Origin: the human T2T-CHM13v2.0 reference genome, Homo sapiens
Reading direction: 5' to 3' (one strand)
DNA length: 64,000 nucleotides
Assembly: GCF_009914755.1 (NCBI RefSeq)
Contig: NC_060930.1
Position numbers and translations under genes: made by a program. The notes under the pieces are model-generated. The model had not been told where the DNA came from. It saw only the letters and a program-made list of their open reading frames with translations, and did not search any database. This document shows, piece by piece, positions 1 to 13,140 of the stretch (its first letter is position 1; every line of letters begins with the position of its first letter).

Positions 1-194
1 TGGGAAGGTGCTACATACTTTAAAATGACCTCATGAGAACTCACTGTCATGAGGACAGTTCCAAGGGGGATGGTGCTAAACCACTTATGAGAAATCAGCC
101 CCTATTCTCCAATCATCTCCCACCAGGCCCCTCCCCTAACATTGGAGATTACATTTCAATACGAGATTTGGGTAGGATCACACATCCTATATCA
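1..194 (-). mobile_element. MaLR solo LTR fragment (MST family), truncated by window edge
   Basis: Reverse complement reads TGATATAGGATGTGTG...CCCAAATCTCGTATTGAAATGTAATCTCCAATGTTAGGGGAGGGGCCTGGTGGGAG...TTTAGCACCATCCCC, the 5' end of MST-type LTRs. Confidence 0.8.
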
Positions 195-888
195 CTTTTG
201 GAGAAAGAATGGAGGTAGCTCTGAAGGTTTGTTACATCACAGCATTTGAGGAATGGCTGGGGTGATGGCAAATATCATACAGAAGAGCAGGCGTAGACAA
301 GATATACCAGTTGTTTTCAAATATCTGAGAAAATATCAGTAAGAAGAAGTATAGTCATGAGTGTGCCTCACTTGCCTAAACATTTTGATTAAAAATGCAT
401 TTTAGTAGATTTAATTATGCCTTTTTCCTCTGGTGACCATCTGTTAAAAATTTTTAAAACCTTGACCTATGAAAAAATTTGTCAGTAAGATGCATTTGTT
501 GTACCAAACTTCTCAGTTCTGGACTTTTTAATCAGTGTAGTTGCCATCGGACTCACCCACCAGCTTGCCTGCTAATCCATCTGATCTGTGTCACTCAAAT
601 ACAGCAGGCAGTGAAGAACAGCTGCTTTTTCTTATTTCATTCTCCTTCTATCTGTCATAAAATCCAGGTACCAATAACTAGGGATAAGTGTTTTACCAAG
701 AGCAGTTATTTCAATAGCTTGAACTTAAATACCAGATTAATTTTCACAGAATAAAAATAATGTTTAGTATAAGTTTTAATAATGGCATGTAGATGAAATA
801 TTTGGACTTGGTGACTTTTAAGTTGTGGTTGCTTTTTAAATGACTTCTCTGTTTGAGGACTTTGTGTATACACATTTCCTATCACATT

Positions 889-1399
889 TGTGGTAGGAAG
901 ATTCTAAGATGACCCTCAAGATTCACAACCTCTGGGGTACACATCCTATATGATCCCCTCCTGTTGAGTGTGATTGGAGCCTGTGAATATGATGGGACAT
1001 CATTCCCATGATTAGGTAACATTTTACAACAAAGTAGAAGATATAATTCGGATATAACTCAGGTGGCTAAATTAGTTTTCTTCAAGCTACTCAAAAGGAA
1101 GATTATTCTGAGGGCACCCAACTTAATCAAGTGAACTCCTAAAAGAGTGTCTAGTTCTCAGAGAGCTTTTCCTGCTCTTGAAGAAGCAAATAATCATGTG
1201 AGAAGGCCACACAGCAAGAGGCTTAGGAGGCCTCTAGAAGCTGAGAGCAGCACTGGATTGATAATCAGCAAGAAAGCACAGCTGAGCTAACATGGAGACT
1301 GCAGCCTCTCTAGGTCGACAGGAACTGATTATCAATGAATGTTGTTTTAAGTCACTACGTTTGTGATAATTTATTATACAGTAATAAAAACCAAATACA
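889..1399 (+). mobile_element. MaLR solo LTR, MLT1E-like
   Basis: Starts TGTGGTAGGAAGATTCTAAGATGACCCTCAAG..., ends ...TGTTTTAAGTCACTACGTTTGTGATAATTT...AAATACA; TG...CA termini typical of MLT1. Confidence 0.75.
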
Positions 1400-1417
1400 A
1401 AAGATTAAAAAGAAATC

Positions 1418-1785
1418 TAAGTTGAAGATATCTTAAACCGAATTGCATTTAATACACCTAACCTACTGAACATCATAGTTTAGCCTAGCCTACCTTTAAC
1501 ATACTCAGAACACTCACATTAGCCCACAGTTGGACAAAATTACCTGGCAACACAGTACACTGTGGAATATTGTTGGTTCACCCTCATGAACATGTGGTGG
1601 ACTGGGATCCTCAGCTTGCTGCCCCTGCCCAGCATCACAGAGAGAAATGTGCTTCATATCACTAGCCTGGAAAAATATCAAAATTCAAAATTTGAAGTAT
1701 GATTTATATTGACTATGTATTGCTTTGGCACTATCACAAAATCGAAAAATACCAAGTTCAACCGTCATAAATTGATGACTATCTG
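1418..1785 (+). mobile_element. TcMar-Tigger DNA transposon relic, MER47/Tigger5-like
   Basis: GCATTTAATACACCTAACCTACTGAACATCATAGTTTAGCCTAGCCTACC core; ends ...GACTATCTG followed by TA. Confidence 0.75.
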
Positions 1786-3758
1786 TACCACCAAATAGCC
1801 CATTACTCAAATCCTCAACTTTTTCTCTTCAATGTATGTGACCTCTATTTATATAGTCAATACTTCTTGATTTGAAAAAGGATTGGATGATAATAGAAGT
1901 GAAAAGTTTGAATGATTATACTCATTTTTCTTTTTCTTTATCTATAAACCAGCGCCCAGTTGGAACATTTCCATATTTTAGTTCTAAGGTTGTAAATTGC
2001 TGAAAGTTTAGGTTTTCTTATTGATGATTCTCTGCTAACATTTGATAAGTAGGTCCCATTGAATATCACAATTAATCTATTTAAGAAGGTTGAGAGATAT
2101 ACTGTTAAACCAAAGGGAAAATGGTAAATGAAATTACAATTTATATTTTTCCCCTAATTCATGGGCATTGAATATTAACTTAGTGGTCTGCACTTGTAGC
2201 TTGTTAATTGTTTGACATCTAGCTGAAAAGTAAAGTGTTATATCACAGATAGCTTTTCTAATTGCAAACACATCACCCTGTTTATTCATTGGTTCACTAA
2301 GCCTTAATTAGGTATCTATCCTGTACCAAATGGTATGCCAGGGGTGAGGATACAAAGATAGAATAGAACTTTTTAGTACAATGTGAAGAAAGAAACATAA
2401 AGAAATAAGACTGCTGAAGTATTTTAACTACCAGGTTTGCACGTTGACTTCTTTATGCTTCATTTGGATTTTCTGAGGCTTTAACGTTTTCCGTTTTTAA
2501 GACTAAGCTCAAGGGTCAACTCTTTCATGAAAATTAATTGCTATTTATGTTTCCATCTATAAGAAGAGTGAAATAAACAATGAAATCTAATGACACTGAA
2601 AAGTGCTTTCAATGTACTGTTGAGTGGGAAAAGCCACATTTTTAACTTGTATATTCAGTGTGATCCCAATTTTATAATTTTACTCTCAATCCATATATGT
2701 GAATATAATACATAGGAAAGAGGTTGGAAGTAATTCAATCATGAGGTTAACAAGTTTTATCTCAGATGAGATTGTGTGTGATTTTTAAAAATTATATTTA
2801 TTCTACCTAATAAGCATTTATTACTTTTATAACCTGAGAGATAAACATTATTGAAAAAGAAGAGCATGGATTTAAAGCGAGGATGTGAGACTGTGGCTGT
2901 TACATATTTTTTTGGTTTGGACCTTGGTTAAGAAGGCAAAGAGGGATAGAGATTGTGGGACATAGAGGGAGACGCAGGCCTGAGGACAGTTACAGTGTTA
3001 TAAAGGGAGAGGCTTAAGTATCATTATAATATGAGCAGAAATTGCAAAGAGTGAGAAGCTAAAATGGAAGGGAGACGATAAATAGCTCAGCAAGGTTTTT
3101 AGGGAAGCAGAAATGACTCAGATTTGAAATATAGGTGACAGAATTAGCCTTAAGGAGGAGAAAGAAAAGATCTTTTGAGACTATAAGAAAGGAGGTGAGA
3201 GTTGATGTAGCCATAAAAAATACAGAGATGAAAGGGTGGGGAGTTAAAAGAGCCTGTGTATGTAGCCTAAATTCTTGCTATGAACTAGAAAGCCAGGTCA
3301 TTAGCCGAAATTGACAATGGGATAGGGGTGGTCTTGGGGAGGTTAAGGCTAGAAAAATCCAAGCAAAGCAGGTAACAAGAGGACTTGATTCCAGACTGTG
3401 AACAGATTTGAGGCAGGGTCAGAAAGCCACCCTGAAATTTCAGTGCTATAAAACTGTAGTGGGAACTCTATAGGAATACTAATTTCTCCCTTCATCAACA
3501 AAGATATTATACTGGTCCTGTGAAGAGGCTTAGTCACTTCCCAGTTTATGTATTTCAAGATTATATTCCTAAAACACAGAAGTTTTTCAGTTTGTTCCCT
3601 AACCTGACCCCAGTCTACCTGTTTCCATCCAAGACTATCACTACCACTTCTAAACCACCTCCAGCCACACAAAAAACACACACTATGCTTGAGTCATTCC
3701 AAATTACACACCTTCCTCTAAACATTAGTGTGAAATTAGGACATTTGGGAAATGTGAT

Positions 3759-4177
3759 TGATATGATTTGCATGTTTGCCCCCTTCAAATCGCATGTTGA
3801 AATGGTATTCCCAGTATTGGACGTGGGGACTGGTGGGAGGTGATTGGATCATGGGGACAGATCCCTCATGAATGGTGTAGCACCATCCCCTTGGTGATAA
3901 GTGAGTTCTCCCTTAGTTCCCATGAGATCTGGTTGTTTAAAAGAAATTGGGATCTCCCCCTGCTCTCTCTTGCTCCCACTCCCTCCATGTGACATGTGTG
4001 CTCCAGCTTTATCTTCTGCCATGACTGGAAGCTTCCTGAGGCCCTCACCAGAATCAGATGTCTGCACCATGGTTCCTGTACAGCCTGCAGAACAGAGAAC
4101 CAATTAAATATCTTTTCTTTATAAATTACCCAGCCTCAGATGTTTCTTAAAAGCAGTGCAAAAAATGGCTTAACACT
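3759..4177 (+). mobile_element. MaLR solo LTR, MSTB-like, complete, with 5-bp TSD
   Basis: TGATATGATTTG...GGTGGGAGGTGATTGGATCATGGGG...TAAATTACCCAGCCTCAG; direct repeat GTGAT at 3754-3758 and 4178-4182. Confidence 0.88.
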
Positions 4178-4259
4178 GTGATATTTGGTATTTTCTAGTC
4201 CATTAGTGCACATCCCCCCGATGTAGGATAAATATGGTATGAATATTTGAATATTTTTA

Positions 4260-4430
4260 TGAGTAATAATTAAGCTTATTGAATTATCACAACTCCAGTG
4301 AGATAAGTCTAATTTTAATATCATTAGAAAGGTGAAGAAGACAAGACCAGCGAGGGCTACTAATTTCTCAAGGACACGCTCATCCTCATGTGAGAGCTGG
4401 AACTCAAAACCAGACCTTGACTTTGTCAAA
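4260..4430 (-). mobile_element. MIR SINE fragment
   Basis: Degenerate MIR core (...CAAGGACAC...GAGCTGGAACTCAAAACCAG...TGACT). Confidence 0.5.
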
Positions 4431-5759
4431 ATGCACTTTTGGTTCCCAATCTGATATTAGGTGCAGATTCTTCTCTTCTTTAACCAAGGGCCAAATAATA
4501 CAGCCACCCACCCCACCCTGCCCCAGCTCTCCTTTTAGAACCAAACTGTTGCTCTCTCACTTTAGTGAGGTGGAAGGAAGACTATTTCAAATTGACTGAT
4601 GAATTAACCCTATCGAAGGTCAGAAAAATGTTAGATAACTTAAGGGGGAAAAAAAGAAAATAAATATCAAAATGTGGAAATGTTTGAAAAAGAAAGACAA
4701 GAAGGATAGGGGAAAATAGAGAAGAATAGAGAGAGAAAGGAAGAAAGAAAGGAGGAGAGAAGGGAAGGAAGGAGAATGTTTGATGAGCTTATGAAGGATG
4801 TCTCTTTGCAACTGAGTGTGAATTTAGATGGGATTACATAACATGAAACAAAATGAAAAGAAGAAAAAACAGATACATTCAGTGATTTAAAAATGGGGTA
4901 ATTCTTTCTGTTTTTATTTCACAAGTCTTTTGTAACTTATTTTAGAGTTTTAAAACTTTGTAGACATATTTAAAATGTTCAATTTTCACTAAAACAATCA
5001 CATTTTTAAACATAAGGGCATATATTTGGTGTGACAACCTAACATTTGCCACCAAGTGTTAAAGATGAACCAGTTTTAATTTTAACTAGACGATTTGAAA
5101 CTTTTTTGATATACTTGAGAATTTGGGACTACCAAAAAACCCCTAAATATGATCCTTTATATTTTTTATTACTTCTAAAATATTTTGATTCTAAACAAAT
5201 ATATGTAAATACTATGTGGAGAATTTAGATACTAAAAATTTAAGTCAAATATTGTTTAAGTACTTACAATATGCCCGGGACTGTACATGATGCTAAAAGT
5301 AGCCAGATGCAATGGTTACTGACTTCGAGTGGCATCTTTTTGAAACAGAGGGCAGAAATGAATAAATCTGAGATAACATGATGTGAGCTTGTTCCATACT
5401 GGAGAATGGGGCACTCAGAGAAAAGAGTGTGTGCAACTGCAGGTGGGGAGAAGCTTTGGGTTTGGCACTCCAGGAAGATATGTTCAAAGCAGAAGGGTAA
5501 AGGGCACTGATTGTTCAAGAAAAGTGAGTAGTCTGGAAAGGGTCATTATTTCAGAAGCAACATACCAAGAAGGAGGCAGGAAAAGAGAAGACAAAACAGC
5601 AGCATGGAAGATGGGTGAGGAGCCAGGCCACGTGGGTAGAACTTGAGTATCATAATATTTCTCCATCTAAATTCTACTAGGACTAGAAGTCTTATGGACA
5701 TTTTATTTACTCTACAAAGTGCCCACGTCAGTGACAGATAAAGAGTCAACATCTGGGAG

Positions 5760-6105
5760 TAGCTTAGGTGGGTTCCACATGGCCCAGGATTGAACCTCTT
5801 TCTCTCCCTTCTTAGCTGTTTGACCTCAGTCAAGTTATGTCACCTCTCATGCCTCTGTTTTCTTGTCTGTAAATTGGGAATAATAAGGTAATAATAAGTA
5901 TTGTGAGGATTATATATACATGTATATAATAATACATCATATATAACATTAATATTTATTAACACACATATATAATCTGCACATATGTTTATTATGTATG
6001 CCCATATATATATTACATTATATATTCATGTATACATATACATGTAAGGTGCTTAACAGAGTCCCTGGTACCAAATAAGCACTGAATCAACATTAACTAT
6101 TATTA
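5760..6105 (+). mobile_element. MIR SINE interrupted by a (TA/CA)-rich low-complexity tract (~5910-6045)
   Basis: TGACCTCAGTCAAGTT...GCCTCTGTTTTCTTGTCTGTAAATTGGGAATAATA...TTGTGAGGATTA, then TA-rich DNA, then ATGTAAGGTGCTTAACAGAGTCCCTGG...TAAGCACT. Confidence 0.7.
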
Positions 6106-6329
6106 TTTGGTTTATCTGAAACATTCAAATGGTATAGCACTAAGGCCATGTAAAAATATCATGTATTTCAATTATTGAAACTTTTTCACATTTTTGGGTA
6201 TCCAGGATAGAGAAGGGGAGGAAGGATCTAGTCACATAATATTTGAGAGTCAGCAAATTCTTTCAACAATAATGTGATTGTATTTGTCTGTGTGAGGTTT
6301 CTATGATGGTCATTTTCATGGAGCCAGTC

Positions 6330-6550
6330 AAGCATTGACTTTGAAATTAGGCAGATATGAATTTGAAAAGTAGTTTTCCCTCCACTAGCCGTTTGACCTT
6401 GTACAAGTGACTTTAACTCATTTTTTATTATTAAAAAAATAGGGATTTTTTCTTTGTAAGATTTTTCAAGAGGATTCAATGTGGTAACAGGTATAAGTGC
6501 CTGTTAGAGGGCCTGTCATAGATAAATCCTCAATGAAGGGTAACTGTTAC
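6330..6550 (+). mobile_element. MIR SINE
   Basis: CCACTAGCCGTTTGACCTTGTACAAGTGACTTTAACTC...GAGGATTCAATG...CTCAATGAAGGGTAACTGTTA. Confidence 0.6.
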
Positions 6551-7061
6551 TAAAAGGAAGATATAAGGAGAGATATGACACTACTTCCAAATAAAAACCC
6601 TGGTTCAATATTGGAGCATGGGGACCCCCTTTAAGAGAAGCATCCTCCCAGCATAATGTCCAAAATGAAAATATTTCATTTGTAAGCATAAGAAAGGGGT
6701 CATTTTAAGTGAAATGACCGACTTATCAAGCCAGTCCACTGAACTGTAGCTTGGAGTCTGAGTTACAAAGTAATCTATAGTGATCTGAGGGAGTAATACA
6801 AACTCCAAGTTAATGACTGTAGAATAAATTCTACTGATATTTGCAGTCTAGTGTCATCAAGGCTAATTCTCCTTTAAAGAGGCAAAAGCTTCTTATTGTC
6901 CCCAAAACTGTTGATATAGTATGTAACTCAGCATGTCACAGAAATGTTGTTTATCCACTTTGGCTATTTTGTTTAAAAAAAACTTTTCTACCCTTTTTAT
7001 TTATTTATTTTTAAATTTCTATATTTCATAAGTAAACCAAGCCTCAACACTCGGCATTTCA

Positions 7062-7379
<318 letters not shown>

Positions 7380-8783
7380 TCAAATTCAAACATATTTTTC
7401 TGAATTAAAAAAGAAAAAATACTCTCTTTAAGTATATGAAAAAGCAAATATCTTTCCTAGAGTATATTACATTTTAACAGCTCTTGAAAATTCAGTTAAG
7501 TGGTCTAGTGCTTGTGGTAATCTGGATGTTAGCTAACAAGAATAAAAATTAATTCCATACGTTATCAACAGCAAAGAATTTTGGAGCAGCTACCATAAAT
7601 AAGAAACTGCTTTAGATGCTGGAGATCTAAATTTGGTAAGATATAATTTCAGCCCTCAAGGATCTAGTTTGTTAAGAAACATAGGCATCATAACAAATAA
7701 ATGTTCTTGAATTCAAAAAAAATTAAAGCTTGATTGTTCAGAAAGCAATTTCATCTATATTTAGGAGATGTTTACAGGTGTTATATTTTATAATGCAGAT
7801 CTGAGTTCACTTTTTGTACAAGTAGAAGAGTCACACTTTTATATTAATAGTGATAATATTATTAACACTGTTGGATTTCTTCCATGTACTGTCCTAGATA
7901 TTTTACTTATTCCTAGAATTTTATAGAATAGGTCATTTTGCTTATGTTAGCCTTCAGTTGCAGGTGATAGAAATCCAAATTGAGCATCTATTGACACCTC
8001 TATTGATCTGTCCAGGGAAGTACAGAGGAGACCTGCCTTAGCCATCTGTTGACCAGAGGACCAATCACATCAACAGGACTCTCCCCTCTCTCTTCTAAGC
8101 TTTCCTCTTTGTTGTCTTTATTTTCACTAGGGTTTTCTCTGTAAGGTGCCTAAAATGGCTACTAGTAGCTACAGGTTTAGGACCTGGTCCTTAGCAGTTT
8201 AAATCGGAGGAGGAAAAATACCTCCTGTTCTTAAAGTCCCTATTAATCTCTGTTGGCCTTGCATGGGTGATGGGCCCAACCATGTAGGAACACAGGGCAG
8301 CTTAGGTCACATTTCCATAAATATCAGAGAAGTGGTATTGCCTGATATGTATTTCATAGCTAGCAAATGACAACTGGAATTGAAGTCCATGCTTCTTCCG
8401 AGTGATCACTGTCCCTCTAATTGAGTACCTTTCAATTGAACCTGTTTCCTGGCGTTACTTTAATTTTGTGTGAAAAACTATCTTCTTGATTTTAAGTAAA
8501 AGCAATGAAAAAAGGCCCTCTAACATTTTCTGCTCACAAAAAAATTAGCTTTACAGATAGTAGACTTCATCAGTAGATACAGTCTTTAAGGAAGAAAAAC
8601 ATAGTTTGTATAAAATATTACTATACCCTTTACTATGTAATGTCTCCTGGATTCTATAATAATTGGTGGGCTGTGTGGTCTGCTTGCCATCTTCCAAGAT
8701 GTGCCCCTTATTGAAAAAACAAAAACAAAACCTATGTCTGTAGTATGTATATTTGTGCATTTAAATGTTTGTGCCCATGGACT

Positions 8784-8811
<28 letters not shown>
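8784..8811. repeat. (TG)14 microsatellite
   Basis: Directly visible TG run. Confidence 0.95.
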
Positions 8812-8815
<4 letters not shown>

Positions 8816-10399
8816 TATGTCTATATATATATGTATGGTGTTTGTGTGAGAGGCAAAGAGAAGAGAAAAAAGAATGACGTTAGCTTATCAATATATTATA
8901 ATAAAATTGTGTTGACTAGTTTCTTTATCGTTCTCTTCCAAACTGATAAAAGGACAATTTTTGGTGTGCGGTTTAAAAGAAATGAACTTTTCCCCCTATA
9001 CTGAGGGCAATTTTAAAAGAAGGTAGTTTCTCAGGTGTTTCTAGTCAAAATGACAAACCTACAAAGTACATTTGCATTATTTTATGTATACTTTACTGAT
9101 AGAGTCCTTTAAATGTTGAGTTCAAGCTAATTTTTCTTAATCTTCAAAAAGTTTAGGGATCAAATTGTATCCTGCAGATTTTTGTTATGCTAAATTTCAT
9201 TTCATCTCTTCTTCTTTAGTTCTACAGAGAAGTTAGGTCAAGATTGTTTGAAAGTAGACTTGAGTCCAGAAACTTGTCTCTTCGACCAGTGGATTATCTA
9301 CCAATTTGAAAAAATATAGCATGCATGTGGAAGAAAATGTTACTTTTGCATGTCAGCATGTTGTCATTATTATTAGAAGAACACATCTTTCAAAGAAAGG
9401 AAACATAAACTCCATAATGCTGTCTGATATTATTCTTGAAGACGGCTATCATTTTAGCTGTTATAAAACAGGAAGGAACATCATGGAGCATTAGATTATA
9501 ATATCTATAGTCCCACTAGCACACCATTAAATAAAGTGAAGGTATGAATATTTAAATTAGAATTTGTTTTTTATACTATATTATGTCAGGAAGAAATTGC
9601 AAGCTCTGGAAATTCTTTGTGTCTTAGGAAAATGAGATTCTATTTTTTATAGCTCTTTAAAAAAAATACCTGCATCAGCAGACAATTGGTAACAGTCATC
9701 ATATTTGGTGTTATTTAGCATTTCTCAAAAACATGGCAGTTGTTTTTATGTGGGTGTGGCATGTTGGCATTTTTACATTATCGATTCCTTGATTCAATTT
9801 CTACTCTGTGCTGACCTGTCATATGGGATAAATCTAACTACAGCAAAGCTCTGTTATTCTTCAGTATAGTACAACAGATAAGTAAGCCAGATATAATACA
9901 TTTGGGTGAAAAAACTACAAAATCATAGAGGGGGATCTTTTTAAGAGCTTTTAAAACAATCTTTTGGTTTAAGGCAGAGAAGTATTCTACAATGAAACAC
10001 TAGATTGCATAAGATAAGCCTGTGCCTGTTCCAACTTAATTTTCTTTGTTACTCTAAGAACTCCCCATATATATGTAAATTTCAGCAGTGTTAATGGGCT
10101 TTCTTTGGTATGTCAGAAGAAGAATGTAATTTGTGAACTAGATAAATCTATAAGGCACAGGTGTGAGCAAAAAAAAAAATAATAAGAATCACTCCTCACA
10201 AGGAAATACTAAATAACAATTATTATTGAGATGTTTCATGCATTTTTTTTATCCATAGTAGTAAGTACTACTATCTCTATAAAGAGGAAAAATTCAATCC
10301 AACAGTCATTAAAGTTGTTCTATTAAATGTAGTGATAAATCTTCAGTTTGTATTTTTAATATAAGATCTGAGGGATAATCAAAGCAAAGGCTTATGTGG

Positions 10400-10620
10400 A
10401 TAGGGCATTTATTACATACCAGGAAATGTCCTGAACTCTTTACACATGATTCATTAATTTTCTGAATTACACTTGTAGATAGGAACTATTGTTATCCTCA
10501 TTTTATAGACAAAGACACAGAGATAGAGGTTAAGTATCTTTACTGGGGCCACACAGCTAGGAATTGGCAGAACCAGGATTTAGGCACTAAAATCTGTTTA
10601 TTTAACCACTAGCCTACATG
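10400..10620 (-). mobile_element. MIR SINE
   Basis: ATCCTCATTTTATAGACAAAGACACAGAGATAGAGGTTAAGTATCTT...GGCCACACAGCTAG...GGCAGAACCAGGATTT. Confidence 0.7.
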
Positions 10621-12849
10621 GCCATTGGAAATGAATTATACAGAGATGAAAAGTTTTCGTTATAGATTCCCTCGTTGAAACTCAAAAACAGAAGGCAAAA
10701 TATGTAAAAGAACTCAAAACTGAGAATATTTTTAAAAATAGAATAAAATGTCATAGAAAAAAATCACATTTAAGAGTTTCTTTCTTCTATTACTTTTACC
10801 ATTGCAGTTATGGGCGTTTGGATACAGTTTGGGTTTAATAAAACCCCCAAGTTTGGTTTTTATTAAAATAAGTCAATCTATCATTGGTCAATACATCACA
10901 TTTATCTCTCTTTTCTAGTAGTGTCAAATCTGAGGAGCAAATATATAGCTACTATACAAAAATCAAAGATTTAAAAGTTTTAGCATTGCATTGAGCTATT
11001 AATCATTGTAAAAACATTTTAAATGCCTCCATTTTTTAGATGATAGCTACACATTAAAGATGGGGTGTAGGTAGGGTGGTTGATCAGTGTATCTAAATAG
11101 ACTATAGTATGCAAAAACATTCAGTAAAAAATGTTCCTTGAGCAAGAAGAAAAAATAAAGACAGCTGATCAAAACACATGAATTTATATGACTCAGTAAT
11201 TCTTACATTATCATAAATTTCGCTACCACTTTTATGAAAGCAATTCACACAATTCACAATGTGAGGAGCAATTACCATCAAAGATACATAATAATATGCC
11301 ATGTGGTATATGGAGCCACAGGATGAAGATGGCAGGTTTTCTTGGGCCATCAATTTTACTCAAGGGCATTTTAAAATAATATTTTAATATTAAAGGAAGC
11401 ATATGATACTGTAGAATAAAATTTATTTGAATTTTTAAAATCTCCAACCTGACTCTTCTGTGAAATTTCAGAGCTGTGGCTGTTAAATTGGAACTATGCC
11501 ACCAGACCCTGGGGTATGTCTATTTATTCTTCTCTGCCTTTAGGGAATTTTTTTAAAAAGTTCAAGAAGCCGTGAGATAATGCAGCCTTCATAGTTATTC
11601 TGTTTGTAGATTGGTAGTAAATTTTTGATACTTATTATGAATCCAAGAGTGGAGGTGAAACATAGCACTGGATATTTTTATATGTGTTGGTCTATGTCAA
11701 TCAAATAGGAGAGATAAAATGATAGTCTTGTTAGTGAAAGAAAATAGGGACAATTAATGTATAATAAACTTAAAGTTACATGATATGACAGCATAGAATT
11801 AAAAATATGTCTGTCTAGTAATTTTTTTCTCCTTCGCAATTATTGCTTTCTTCATAGGCTTTTCCTATTGTTCTCTGTCAAGACACTGCAGTCTGTTTTA
11901 ATCATTATCATCTACTGCTTCTATTTTACTTGTTATGTCATACAAATTCATGTTTGGTTCTCCACTAATACTGTTTCAAGAGGTCACGAAGAAGGTATTT
12001 TTTTTTTTAAAGGAACACCAAAATCGAATGATGGTATGATGGATTTTATGTGTGACTGAGCTTGTGTGGAGTGAAGAAAAATTCAAAATAAATTCCTCTC
12101 TGAGACACACTGCATGGAAATATCAAAGCAGTGCAATTCTTTCATAAATTAAAGGTTATACTCTCATTCTGTTTTGGGTCCATCCAGAAGATGATAATGT
12201 TTCGAGAGCAGCAGTTTCTCAGGACACTCTTCTGTGTTTCACTATGGTACCAAGAAATTTGCCAGGGAAAGAAATGATTTGCCTTTATTCTGTCAATATT
12301 ATCAAATTAAGAATGTTTTTCCAAAAATTCTTTTAAATTATTGAGTGTTTATTATGAGTATTTATGATGTGCAAGGTGCTAGGCTAATTGCTGGTTGTAT
12401 ATAAAGGTATTTGGACTCCAGTACTATTCTATTTTTATTTTGTAGTCTGTGTGAATTTATAAACCACTAAATCTTACAGGTTTAATACTCAAAACTCCTC
12501 TTGTCTTCAATATACCTACCATAGACTGTAAGGGATTATTTCGAGTAGTCAGTTGGGGTTTGATATGGTGTTAATTCTTTATGCATTTACATCATTCTAT
12601 CAATTTCAAGTGTGTTCTTTTATTCTTTTTCTTTTTTCTTTAATTTTTCCAGGCTGAAATAGTTATCTTTTAAAGTCTGTTCTACAGCAGCTGCTCCACC
12701 CCAGTCATTGCCTTTAGCTTTCTCTAGATTGCCATTAGGCCTTCTTGAAGTCGTGCTTATTACAGATATGTGAGGAGTGCTTTTTTTAGGGGGGGAAGGG
12801 GAGAAACAGATGTAGAATAATCCTTTTTTGTTGTTGTTTTTAACACCCT

Positions 12850-13140
12850 TTTCTATGATGGCCAGTGTTTCACTGATCTTGTTGGCTGTCTCCGTGGCTG
12901 GATGAGTTGTCTCGAAGAGCAGTTTACACTCAGTAGTGACCAGGTCCTTGAGAGCTCTTAGCTCATCATCCTTTAAGTATAGTTTGGAGTATTCTTCCCA
13001 GGCTGTACTACTTCATGCATTTTTTTTTTTTTTTTTTTTTTTTGCCTATTGTATTTAGAGTTTTTCCTGAAATGAATTTCTCACTATGTATTTGACTATC
13101 AAGAAGAGTTGTATCATCTGCAAGTTTGAGGTTTCACTTG
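12850..13140 (-). mobile_element. Ancient CR1/L3-like LINE RT relic with embedded poly-T (13020-13043)
   Basis: Minus strand gives CTCAAACTTGCAGATGATACA (LKLADDT, cf. the FADDT RT motif) and, downstream, AAGGACCTGGTC...GCCAACAAGATC resembling the CR1 KDLG...KAN segment. Confidence 0.45.
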
